From the NCBI GenBank assembly GCA_000503915.1, contig CP006915.1:480001-512000 (forward strand): 32,000 nt of DNA, written 5' to 3'. The position numbers and the translations under genes are program-made. Numbering within the stretch: position 1 is the stretch's first letter; each line of letters starts with the position of its first letter. Source of the DNA: Candidatus Saccharimonadota bacterium (GTDB taxonomy: Bacteria > Patescibacteriota > Saccharimonadia > Saccharimonadales > Saccharimonadaceae). Below the pieces are notes generated by a model. It worked only from the letters and a program-made list of their open reading frames with translations. It was not told the origin of the DNA and made no database searches. Of the stretch, positions 18,131-25,723 are shown piece by piece.

Positions 18131-18493
18131 ATGAAGAAAATCGAAACACAAACAGATTATTCGGAAAATTACCGCATTCCCGTTCGCTACACGAGGCGAG
18201 GAAAAGCTGTACTTGGTCTACTCGGTGCCGGCTTAGCAGTCGGTGGAGTAGGGACTATAGTAGAGGCAAACAATGGTCCAGATTTTCAGGGCGAACATCA
18301 AATCACGATCAAACAAGGCGACACCGTCACCGATCTGGCGCTTAATAATGTTGAGGGTGCAGAAGATAATGTCAAAGCTACCGTCAATGAAATTGTGAAA
18401 ATGAATCCCCAAGTATTTCAAGACGGTAAGGCCTATGTCGAGAGTGAAGATATCGGCAAGCGCGCTGAAATTCCTAACTCAGTCGATGACTAG
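18131..18493 (+). CDS. Membrane-anchored protein with a LysM-like segment (120 aa)
   Basis: It has one TM helix (AVLGLLGAGLAVGGVGTIV). ITIKQGDTVTDLA...VNEIVKMNP...AEIP resembles a LysM fold signature with an insertion. Confidence 0.55.
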   Translation: MKKIETQTDYSENYRIPVRYTRRGKAVLGLLGAGLAVGGVGTIVEANNGPDFQGEHQITIKQGDTVTDLALNNVEGAEDNVKATVNEIVKMNPQVFQDGKAYVESEDIGKRAEIPNSVDD

Positions 18494-18507
18494 ACAGAAG
18501 CAGCTTT

Positions 18508-19578
18508 TTAATTTTCGGCGTTCTGGGCTTTGAGCTCGCGCTCGTAGGCTTGAAGCCTTTCGATTAGATCGTCGACATCTCCGTTCATAGCAGCGGGGAT
18601 ATTTGATCTCGAGTAACCGATACGGTGATCGGTGATACGGTCTTGCGGGTAGTTGTAGGTACGGATTTTTTCTGAGCGGTCGCCGGAGCCGATCAATGAG
18701 CGACGCTCGGCCGTCAGCTTAGCTTGTTCTTTGTCGACTTTTATCTGCAGTAAGCGGCTTCTGAGGACACTCATGGCCTTTTCTTTGTTCTTGAGCTGCG
18801 ACTTTTCGTCTTGGTTGGTGACGACGAGACCAGTCGGCAGGTGAGTGATGCGTACGGCCGAGTCGGTCGTGTTGACACTTTGTCCGCCGTGGCCAGAGGC
18901 ACGGAAGATATCGATCCTCAGGTCGTTTGGATTAATTTCAATATCGGTTTCTTCAGCTTCTGGCAGGACGGCGACCGTGGCGGTTGAGGTGTGGATACGA
19001 CCCTGCGATTCGGTGGCCGGCACGCGCTGGACACGGTGGACGCCGGACTCGAATTTGAGGGTAGCGTAGGCGAGTTCGCCTCTGACTTCAAAGATCACTT
19101 CCTTGAAACCGCCATTATCCGAACGATTTTCACTCATGAGATCCGTCTTGAAATCGTGTGCTTCGCAGTACCGCAGATACATGCGGTAAAGATCACCGGC
19201 AAAAATTGCTGCTTCGTCACCACCAGCGCCGGCGCGGATTTCGATAATGACGTTTTTCTCATCGTTCGGATCTTTCGGCGTCAGCATGATAAATAGCTCG
19301 TCGTCCAGTCGCTCGAGTTGCTCTTCGGTAGTATCAACCTCAGCTCGAGCGAGCTCTGCCAGCTCGTCATTACCCCCAGTAAGAAGCCTGGCTTCGTCCA
19401 GCTGTTTTTCGAGACGCTGACGCTCTTCTGCTTTTTCAAGCAGCGATTCCAGCTCGCCGAGACGGCGGTTTCTTGCTCCAAAATCAGACGCGCTATATGC
19501 TTCGGGCTTAGCCAGGAAAGCAGTTAGTTCCGCCCTTTCTTTTTTGAGAGCTTCAAAATCAAGATTAATTTTTGGCAT
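18508..19578 (-). CDS. prfA: Peptide chain release factor 1
   Basis: It has the GGQ motif ([19 protein letters not shown]) and the RF1-type PAT tripeptide ([13 protein letters not shown]). I placed the start at ATG 19578 (MPKINLDF...). Confidence 0.95.
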   Translation of the reverse strand: MPKINLDFEALKKERAELTAFLAKPEAYSASDFGARNRRLGELESLLEKAEERQRLEKQLDEARLLTGGNDELAELARAEVDTTEEQLERLDDELFIMLTPKDPNDEKNVIIEIRAGAGGDEAAIFAGDLYRMYLRYCEAHDFKTDLMSENRSDNGGFKEVIFEVRGELAYATLKFESGVHRVQRVPATESQGRIHTSTATVAVLPEAEETDIEINPNDLRIDIFRASGHGGQSVNTTDSAVRITHLPTGLVVTNQDEKSQLKNKEKAMSVLRSRLLQIKVDKEQAKLTAERRSLIGSGDRSEKIRTYNYPQDRITDHRIGYSRSNIPAAMNGDVDDLIERLQAYERELKAQNAEN

Positions 19579-19939
19579 TTGGTCTCCGAGTGGCAAGCAG
19601 TACGATTCCAAGGATGATACCAGGCAGCCAGGCAATCGTTGCGACAGCCCCTATGAGAAATAAAATAACATTCATAATGGTTCGAAGCACTGGTGGCTCA
19701 TAGTCACTTACTGGAGCACACACGCCGGCAAGGGGATCGTTAGTGCATGCTACGCCACTAGGATCTGGCGGTGGCGTCATGCTTGCAAACGTAAAATTGG
19801 CGATTGCATAGAACAAAAGTGCAGCGATAAGTAAGGCCGTCGGGCCAATGAGGCATACTAATCCCCAAGTTAGCTTTCGTTTATTGCTACGTGTCACGTT
19901 ACTAGATGATGAGGCTGAAACCGACGGATTACTATCCAT
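19565..19939 (-). CDS. Hypothetical small membrane protein (two TM helices)
   Basis: AAGGAG lies 7 nt before ATG 19939. Its stop overlaps the prfA start by 14 nt. The loop between the helices contains two Cys residues. Confidence 0.6.
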   Translation of the reverse strand: MDSNPSVSASSSSNVTRSNKRKLTWGLVCLIGPTALLIAALLFYAIANFTFASMTPPPDPSGVACTNDPLAGVCAPVSDYEPPVLRTIMNVILFLIGAVATIAWLPGIILGIVLLATRRPNAKN

Positions 19940-19965
19940 GAAATACTCCTTGCTTGACTGATTCA

Positions 19966-19974
19966 ACTATAGCA
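19966..19974 (-). promoter_or_regulatory. Extended -10 box TGCTATAGT (minus strand)
   Basis: It lies between the rpmE terminator and the membrane-protein/prfA operon. Confidence 0.4.
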
Positions 19975-20007
19975 AAAAGGCTTTCCCTATACTAGAAAGC
20001 CCTTTTG
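19975..20007 (-). terminator. Rho-independent terminator of rpmE
   Basis: On the minus strand, GGGCTTTC, a loop and GAAAGCC are followed by TTTTT. Confidence 0.6.
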
Positions 20008-20017
20008 ACGTAATAGG

Positions 20018-20344
20018 TTATTTTTCAGCGCTGGGCTTTTTTGCTTTTTGAGCTGATTTTTTCTTTGCCTTGTTAGCAAGTTCGGCTTTACGTGCTTCAG
20101 CGGCGGCAAATTTTGCCTTGAAACGGTCGACACGGCCTTCGGTGTCAATGATCTTTTCTTCACCGGTGAAGAAGGGGTGAGAAGCGCTCGAGATGTGCAC
20201 TTTGACAAGTGGGTACTCGTTGCCGTCTTCCCATTTGATGGTCTCACTTGTCTCGGCAGTTGATTGCGTCAAGAAAGCGAACCCCGCCGCGTCGTCGCTA
20301 AATACGACCGGGCGATAATTGGTTGGGTGTATACTGCTTTTCAT
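20018..20344 (-). CDS. rpmE: 50S ribosomal protein L31, type B (no CxxC), with a Lys/Ala-rich C-terminal tail
   Basis: [15 protein letters not shown]...HPFFTG is the L31 signature. The zinc-binding Cys pairs are absent. A basic extension of about 30 aa follows. Confidence 0.9.
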   Translation of the reverse strand: MKSSIHPTNYRPVVFSDDAAGFAFLTQSTAETSETIKWEDGNEYPLVKVHISSASHPFFTGEEKIIDTEGRVDRFKAKFAAAEARKAELANKAKKKSAQKAKKPSAEK

Positions 20345-20414
20345 ATCCGAACCATTGTAGCTGACTAGAGGGGAAATGTCAAAGGATGACGACTATGCTA
20401 CAATCATAAGCATT

Positions 20415-20957
20415 ATGAACCGTCGCGGGTTTACCATCGTCGAACTCTTGATTGTCATCGTGGTGATTGCTATCTTGGCCGCGATTACCATTGTGGCGTA
20501 CAGCGGTATACAAACACGGGCGGAAAATGCAAAAACCGTTGCCGCTGTCTCGCAGTGGGCACAGGCAATTCAAATGTACCAGGCGGATAAGGGGACTTGG
20601 CCAGCGAATAATTCGTGTCTCGGCAGTCCTACGACCTACGACTCGTCGGTATACGGCGGTCGTTGCTGGCCACCGAATACTTCTGGATGGACTGTAAACG
20701 CAAGCTTCCTAGCGGAAATGCAGCCATATGTCGGAAGTACGTACCCGGAGCCGTCAACAAAAGCAGTTATCGACACGACTAACGGCAACGAATTTCGAGG
20801 AGCGATGTATTATCAATACTCGGCAACCGACAAGCGAATATATGCACATTTTCCAGGATCCACAACTTGTCCAACAATAAGCGGCCTTGGTGACGCGTAT
20901 GGCGGAACTAATTACAGTAATGGACGCGTGTGCTACTATCGGCTCACTGGACCATAG
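20415..20957 (+). CDS. Type IV pilin-like protein (prepilin N-terminal cleavage/methylation domain)
   Basis: MNRRG|FTIVELLIVIVVIAILAAITIVAY is a class III signal. TGCTACAAT at 20396-20404 favours ATG 20415 over the ORF-track start at 20376. Confidence 0.8.
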   Translation: MNRRGFTIVELLIVIVVIAILAAITIVAYSGIQTRAENAKTVAAVSQWAQAIQMYQADKGTWPANNSCLGSPTTYDSSVYGGRCWPPNTSGWTVNASFLAEMQPYVGSTYPEPSTKAVIDTTNGNEFRGAMYYQYSATDKRIYAHFPGSTTCPTISGLGDAYGGTNYSNGRVCYYRLTGP

Positions 20958-20960
20958 TAG

Positions 20961-20989
20961 TTGACCTCTAGTGTTGTCTCTGTTATTAT
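20961..20989 (+). promoter_or_regulatory. Promoter: TTGACC, 17 nt spacer, TGtTATTAT
   Basis: The spacing is canonical. It would produce a leader of about 160 nt ahead of rpsB. Confidence 0.5.
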
Positions 20990-20995
20990 TACTCG

Positions 20996-21155
20996 GTAAT
21001 AAATTTAACGAAGCACCACCCGCCGGTATCCTTCGAATCAATCGAATAAAAGGCGAGTGGGAAGGGAGAAGGATATAACCCGACCGACTTCTTCGAAGTC
21101 AGACGGGCAAGTGGCCGCACGGGATATGCGCGGCTCCTGATCCAGGAAGGAAACT
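20996..21155 (+). promoter_or_regulatory. Long structured 5' leader of the rpsB-tsf operon (candidate autoregulatory element)
   Basis: Three hairpins are visible by eye: CCACCCGCC...GGCGAGTGG enclosing TTCGA/TCGAA; CCCG-GACTTC...GAAGTC-CGGG; and GCCGCA...TGCGCGGC. Confidence 0.3.
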
Positions 21156-21866
21156 ATGTCGGTACAAGTCGATATGAAGGCAATGTTCGAAGCCGGTGTT
21201 CATTTTGGACACAAAACGAGCCGTTGGCACCCAAAGATGGCGCCATACATTCACTCAAAGCGCCAAGAGGCGCACATCATCAACCTAGAGAAAACTGCTG
21301 AAGGCTTGGAAGCGGCATTACCCTTTCTGACTAAAACGGTAGCAAGTGGTAAGAAAGTACTATTTGTCGGTACGAAAAAGCAGCACCAAGACATCGTGAA
21401 GGCAGCAGCTGAATCAGTTGAACAGCCCTATGTAACTGGCCGTTGGATCGGCGGTATGTTGACCAACGTTGCGACGATGAACAGTCAAATGAAAAAACTG
21501 CTCGATCTGGAGCGTCGTATGACAAGCGGTGATCTGGAAAAGCGCTATAGCAAGCTGGAAGTGCAGCGTTTCCAGGAAGAAATCGACTTACTGAACGAAA
21601 AGTACGGCGGTATTAAAGATTTGCAAGGTGTACCTGGTGCAGTCATTGTCGTTGATACTCTGGCAGACCGCAACGCGATCAACGAAGCCAAGAAGCTGGG
21701 AGCCCCAGTAGTTGGTGTCGTCGATACAAACGCCGACCCAACCGTCGTTGACTATGTAATTCCAGGCAACGACGACGCCATTAAGGGTACACAACTATTG
21801 CTTGATTACTTTGTGGCCGCCGTCAAAGAGGGCGAAGGTGCAGCGAAAAAAGAGGAGGTAAAATAA
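21156..21866 (+). CDS. rpsB: 30S ribosomal protein S2
   Basis: MFEAGVHFGHKTSRWHPKM... is full-length S2 similarity. Confidence 0.97.
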   Translation: MSVQVDMKAMFEAGVHFGHKTSRWHPKMAPYIHSKRQEAHIINLEKTAEGLEAALPFLTKTVASGKKVLFVGTKKQHQDIVKAAAESVEQPYVTGRWIGGMLTNVATMNSQMKKLLDLERRMTSGDLEKRYSKLEVQRFQEEIDLLNEKYGGIKDLQGVPGAVIVVDTLADRNAINEAKKLGAPVVGVVDTNADPTVVDYVIPGNDDAIKGTQLLLDYFVAAVKEGEGAAKKEEVK

Positions 21867-21869
21867 CCC

Positions 21870-22466
21870 ATGGCAGTAACGATTGAAGACATCAAGAAGT
21901 TGAAGGAGCTGACTGGCGTCGGCTTGACTGACGCCAAGGTCGCCCTAGTTGAAGCTGACGGTGATTTCGACAAAGCACTCGAAGCGATGCGTAAAAAAGG
22001 TCTCACACGTGCTGAGAAAAAAGGTGACCGTGAAACTCGCGAAGGTCTGATCGAAAGCTATGTTCACAGTGGTCGTATCGGCGTCATCGTCGAAGTAAAC
22101 TGTGAGACTGACTTTGTGGCTCGTTTGCCGGAATTCAAAGAATTCGCACACCAGATTGCGATGCAAATCGCAGCGATGGCACCGAAGTATCCGACGATGG
22201 AAGATGTGCCGGCTGATGTCATGGAAGCGAAGAAGAAGGAACTGCTCGAGAGCGATGCACTCAAGGGTAAACCGGCTGAAATAGCTGAAAAGATTGTCGA
22301 AGGCCAGCTCAGGAAGCATTTTGCTGAGCAGGTGCTGGCGGAACAGCAATTTGTGCTTGATGATAGTATGACGGTCGGTGACCGAATTAAAGAACAGATC
22401 GCCAAAAGCGGTGAAAATATTCGCGTATCACAGTTCAAGCGCATCGAACTTGGTGTGACAGAATAG
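21870..22466 (+). CDS. tsf: Elongation factor Ts (short form, 198 aa)
   Basis: The N-terminus is UBA-like (IKKLKELTGVGLTDAKVAL). The ESYVHSGRIGVIVEVNCETDFVA block is present. Confidence 0.95.
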   Translation: MAVTIEDIKKLKELTGVGLTDAKVALVEADGDFDKALEAMRKKGLTRAEKKGDRETREGLIESYVHSGRIGVIVEVNCETDFVARLPEFKEFAHQIAMQIAAMAPKYPTMEDVPADVMEAKKKELLESDALKGKPAEIAEKIVEGQLRKHFAEQVLAEQQFVLDDSMTVGDRIKEQIAKSGENIRVSQFKRIELGVTE

Positions 22467-22484
22467 GCATACCCAAGCAAAACA

Positions 22485-22514
22485 AACGCAGGCTACATGT
22501 AGCCTGCGTTTTTT
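22485..22514. terminator. Bidirectional Rho-independent terminator (26 nt perfect palindrome)
   Basis: AACGCAGGCTACATGTAGCCTGCGTT is flanked by an A-run on the 5' side and TTTT on the 3' side. It serves tsf (+) and the recF operon (-). Confidence 0.8.
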
Positions 22515-22720
22515 GCCTGGGTACGGTTTGTCAGATGCCACTTATGGCAGTGTAGGCAGTGGTAGACTTTGAGCTCGAGTTGCATATCGGTGAGCATTTG
22601 CACTTCGGCCGCCTGTTCGGCTTGTTTTTCGGTAGGAAAACGACGCTTGCTTTCACAGGTGGCCACTCCGCTCGAGGGTCGATAGCGAGAGACTTTGGGT
22701 GGTGTGTGACGACGAGGCAT
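22493..22720 (-). CDS. Small basic Cys/His-containing (zinc-ribbon-like) protein coupled to recF (75 aa)
   Basis: It starts 2 nt after the recF stop. It contains C-x32-CLHCHKWH. Its last codons lie inside the terminator stem. I do not confidently recognise the family. Confidence 0.5.
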   Translation of the reverse strand: MPRRHTPPKVSRYRPSSGVATCESKRRFPTEKQAEQAAEVQMLTDMQLELKVYHCLHCHKWHLTNRTQAKNAGYM

Positions 22721-22722
22721 GA

Positions 22723-23796
22723 CTATGAAAGATAAATGATGCTAGCATCGGCTTTTAGTTCGTCGCGTAGGTCGGTGGCGGTGATAACAGTCTGATATTC
22801 CTTAAGCGCTTCAATGAGTGCTTGCTCGCGCGATAGGTCAAGTTCTGAAAAAACGTCATCGAGTAGCAGGAGTGGCTTCTGGCCGCTATGGTGCTCTTGG
22901 AGCTGAACTTCGAGTAACTTAAAAGCAAGCATAATGGTACGCATTTCACCGCGTGAGGCGGTTTCGGAAGCGAGGTGACCATCGAGAAACAACTCGATAT
23001 CATCACGGTGTGGGCCGTTACTGGTAAAGCCGCGAAGCGCGTCGGATTGCCTAGAGGCCTCAAGCCGGTGGAGTATAGCTTGTTGCAATGCCTCATCTTC
23101 GGCTTCAGTGCTGGAGACGTAGCGAGCAGTTATGCTATGAGACGAGCCAGCAAGACGGGAATAAATCGGTGATAGGTAGTCGTTGCAGTGCGTCATGAAG
23201 TTTCTTCGTGCTTTGATGATTGTCGCGCTGAGTTCAGCAAGCTTAATATCCCAGGCAAACAGATGACTTTCCCAGGCGCCAGAGTTCATGGTATCAAACT
23301 GTTTAAGCAGTTCGTTGCGTTGGAGAAGTGTGCGCTGGAAACGGCCGAGGACGGTCTGGTAGGTAGGAGAGAGCCGGGCGATGATCCCATCGATAAACTC
23401 ACGTCGGCGTTGCGGGCTGGACGTGAGAAGTCTCAGCTCGTCGGGTTCAAATAAAACGACCGGTAGGCGATTTGACGGGCTGATACGAGCCGACTTGCTA
23501 TCGGCGATAATAAACTCTTTTACGACTTTGTCGTCGGGCGTATGAGTAATGCTGAGCCGCCTGGTCTCGCCGCTTGATAGCTCGACTTTGATTTCAGCAC
23601 GGCTATTGTTATGCGGGATAATGTCGCGGTCACGGCCACGGAAGCTAGTGCCGCGGTGCGCAAGGTAGATCGCTTCGAGTAGTGTCGTCTTGCCAGTACC
23701 ATTATCGCCGAGAATGAGTGTTGTCTGAGGGTGAATATCAGCTGAAAAAAGCTCGTACGAGCGGACATTATGAACAGTTATTTTCTCCATAGACAT
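22723..23796 (-). CDS. recF: DNA replication and repair protein RecF
   Basis: It has Walker A GDNGTGKTTLLEAIY, the signature-like SRGEMR and Walker B LLLLDDVFSELD. The start is ATG 23796 or 23790, and the longer extension to 23958 is spurious. Confidence 0.9.
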   Translation of the reverse strand: MSMEKITVHNVRSYELFSADIHPQTTLILGDNGTGKTTLLEAIYLAHRGTSFRGRDRDIIPHNNSRAEIKVELSSGETRRLSITHTPDDKVVKEFIIADSKSARISPSNRLPVVLFEPDELRLLTSSPQRRREFIDGIIARLSPTYQTVLGRFQRTLLQRNELLKQFDTMNSGAWESHLFAWDIKLAELSATIIKARRNFMTHCNDYLSPIYSRLAGSSHSITARYVSSTEAEDEALQQAILHRLEASRQSDALRGFTSNGPHRDDIELFLDGHLASETASRGEMRTIMLAFKLLEVQLQEHHSGQKPLLLLDDVFSELDLSREQALIEALKEYQTVITATDLRDELKADASIIYLS

Positions 23797-23837
23797 AGCT
23801 TTAGTATAGACGATTAAGGAGCCCATAGGAAAGGCGC

Positions 23838-23866
23838 TTGTCAGCCCTCTCTGCAAGAGATACACT
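23838..23866 (+). promoter_or_regulatory. Promoter: TTGTCA, 17 nt spacer, TACACT, ending 6 nt before ATG 23873
   Basis: The spacing is canonical and the geometry is leaderless, directly in front of the mini-pilin ORF. Confidence 0.4.
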
Positions 23867-23872
23867 AAAATC

Positions 23873-24031
23873 ATGCAAAAAACCAGGAGCGGTTTTACTA
23901 TTGTTGAGCTTATTATTGTAATTATTGTCATCAGTATTCTGGCTAACTTAACGATCATTACATATAACGGTCTTGTCCAGCGGACCGGGCTTCACTATGG
24001 TGACGACCGGATAGTGATTGTTTGGCCATAA
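23873..24031 (+). CDS. Truncated or minimal type IV pilin-like ORF (52 aa, N-terminal helix only), possibly a gene remnant
   Basis: I translated this by hand; it is not in the ORF track because it is under 60 aa. The sequence is MQKTRSG|FTIVELIIVIIVISILANLTIITYNGLVQRTGLHYGDDRIVIVWP*. It has a class III signal with Glu at +5. The hairpin TAGTGGCT...AGCCACTA lies at about 24038-24067. Confidence 0.45.
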   Translation: MQKTRSGFTIVELIIVIIVISILANLTIITYNGLVQRTGLHYGDDRIVIVWP

Positions 24032-24101
24032 AGTTGTTAGTGGCTTCTTTCAATTTAAGAGCCACTAGATGATAGAATATTTACAGAAGAAAGTGAGGAG
24101 T

Positions 24102-24656
24102 ATGTTTGATACTGGTATCTATGAAGTAAAAATGGATAATGCTTTGGAGCACTTTTCAGAAGAACTTAAAAAAGTCCGTACTGGCCGGGCGCACCCGGAT
24201 ATGCTGAGTGGAGTAATGGTAGAGGCGTATGGTACAAAGATGCCGCTGAATCAAGTAGCAAACGTAACCGCGCCAGAGCCTGGTATGCTGCTCGTATCAC
24301 CGTTTGATCCGGGTACTATTGCCCAGATTGCAGCCGGTATCCGGGAAGACCAGAGCCTGGGCTTCAATCCAAGTGATGACGGCCGCGTTGTCCGCGTACC
24401 GGTCCCGACGCTGACTGAAGAGCGACGTCGTGAGATGGTGAAGCAGCTAGCTGAAAAGGTTGAAAGCGCTCGTATTGCCCTCCGAAATATCCGTCAGGAT
24501 GCTTTTCGCGATGCCAAGCGAAGGAAAGAAGCCAAAGAATTATCGGAAGATGACGTGCGCGCCGTCGAGAAAGCTTTCGACAAATTGATGCAGGCATATC
24601 AGGCAAAGCTTGATGATATCTTTAAGGTAAAAGAAAAAGAGATCTTAACAATCTAA
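24102..24656 (+). CDS. frr: Ribosome recycling factor
   Basis: MDNALEHFSEELKKVRTGRAHPDMLSGVMVEAYG... is an RRF sequence. ATG 24102 is preferred because the ATG at 24069 overlaps an extended -10 (TGaTAGAAT, 24070-24078). Confidence 0.93.
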   Translation: MFDTGIYEVKMDNALEHFSEELKKVRTGRAHPDMLSGVMVEAYGTKMPLNQVANVTAPEPGMLLVSPFDPGTIAQIAAGIREDQSLGFNPSDDGRVVRVPVPTLTEERRREMVKQLAEKVESARIALRNIRQDAFRDAKRRKEAKELSEDDVRAVEKAFDKLMQAYQAKLDDIFKVKEKEILTI

Positions 24657-25723
24657 TGCCGCTTCCTGGCCTCTTGTCGGACACGTATAGGCCTGCCTTG
24701 GAGCAGGCGCTGACGGCTGTGTTTACGGAATATGAGCAGGAATTACTCGATATCTCCCCCGATGGCGAACGAGTTCTGGCACTACTCAAAGAGTTCTCGC
24801 TGCGACCGAGTAAACGGATTCGCGGCTCACTAGCTGCCGCAATGTATGATCATGCAACCGGCGCAGAGGTTTCCGAAGCTGCACTACGCCTGGGTGCTTG
24901 CGTGGAGCTGCTACAGAACTACCTATTGATTATCGATGATGTAATGGATCGTTCGGACATACGACGGGGAAAACCGAGTCTTCATCGGCTCTACGAGTCG
25001 CTCTACCCCGATACCGGTGAGCATGAAGCGTATATGGCGGGCGTCTTGATCGGCATGTTTGCTCAGCACAGCGCGAATATTGCGCTGCTCGGCGGTAACT
25101 ACGACCCGACTCGTCTGCGGGCAGCGCTTGCGTTATTGCATACGCACATGACAATCACTGATATCGGTCAGATTGACGACATGCGCCAACAGATCAGCCA
25201 TTTGCCAATAACTGGCGATGCCTTGCGGCGAAAATACCAGCAAAAAAGTAGTTATTACTCATTTGTGAATCCATTACAGATGGCACTCGTCTTGGCGGGA
25301 AAAGACGAGATGGCGGCTCGGCGGGATGCTGAAGCCTTTGGACTACCAGCCGGCGTGGCCTTTCAGCTACGTGACGATTACCTCGGCATCTTCGGTGAAA
25401 GTAGCACGACTGGCAAGCCGAACTTGGACGATATCAGAGAAGGCAAATATACATTCATGATCCACTACGCACTTGAGCAAGCATCTATCGAGGAGCGGGA
25501 ATCGTTACTGGCTATCTTGGGCTCGCCGACGGCGGACGAGCATGCCCTCGAGGCGGTCAGAAAAATTATCTGTAGTACTGGTGCTGATGAGCGTGCGATG
25601 GTCGATGCCGAGCGTTATATCCAGGAGGCAAAACAGGCGGCACTGGCAGGCACTTCGTGGGACGAGAGCTTCGCTCGTATGCTCAATGCACTAGTTGATT
25701 TTATTGTGGAGCGTCAGGTATGA
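24656..25723 (+). CDS. Polyprenyl diphosphate synthase family protein (trans-isoprenyl diphosphate synthase)
   Basis: The first Asp-rich motif is LLIIDDVMDRSDIRRG and the second is FQLRDDYLG. It overlaps the frr stop as TAATG. Confidence 0.85.
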   Translation: MPLPGLLSDTYRPALEQALTAVFTEYEQELLDISPDGERVLALLKEFSLRPSKRIRGSLAAAMYDHATGAEVSEAALRLGACVELLQNYLLIIDDVMDRSDIRRGKPSLHRLYESLYPDTGEHEAYMAGVLIGMFAQHSANIALLGGNYDPTRLRAALALLHTHMTITDIGQIDDMRQQISHLPITGDALRRKYQQKSSYYSFVNPLQMALVLAGKDEMAARRDAEAFGLPAGVAFQLRDDYLGIFGESSTTGKPNLDDIREGKYTFMIHYALEQASIEERESLLAILGSPTADEHALEAVRKIICSTGADERAMVDAERYIQEAKQAALAGTSWDESFARMLNALVDFIVERQV

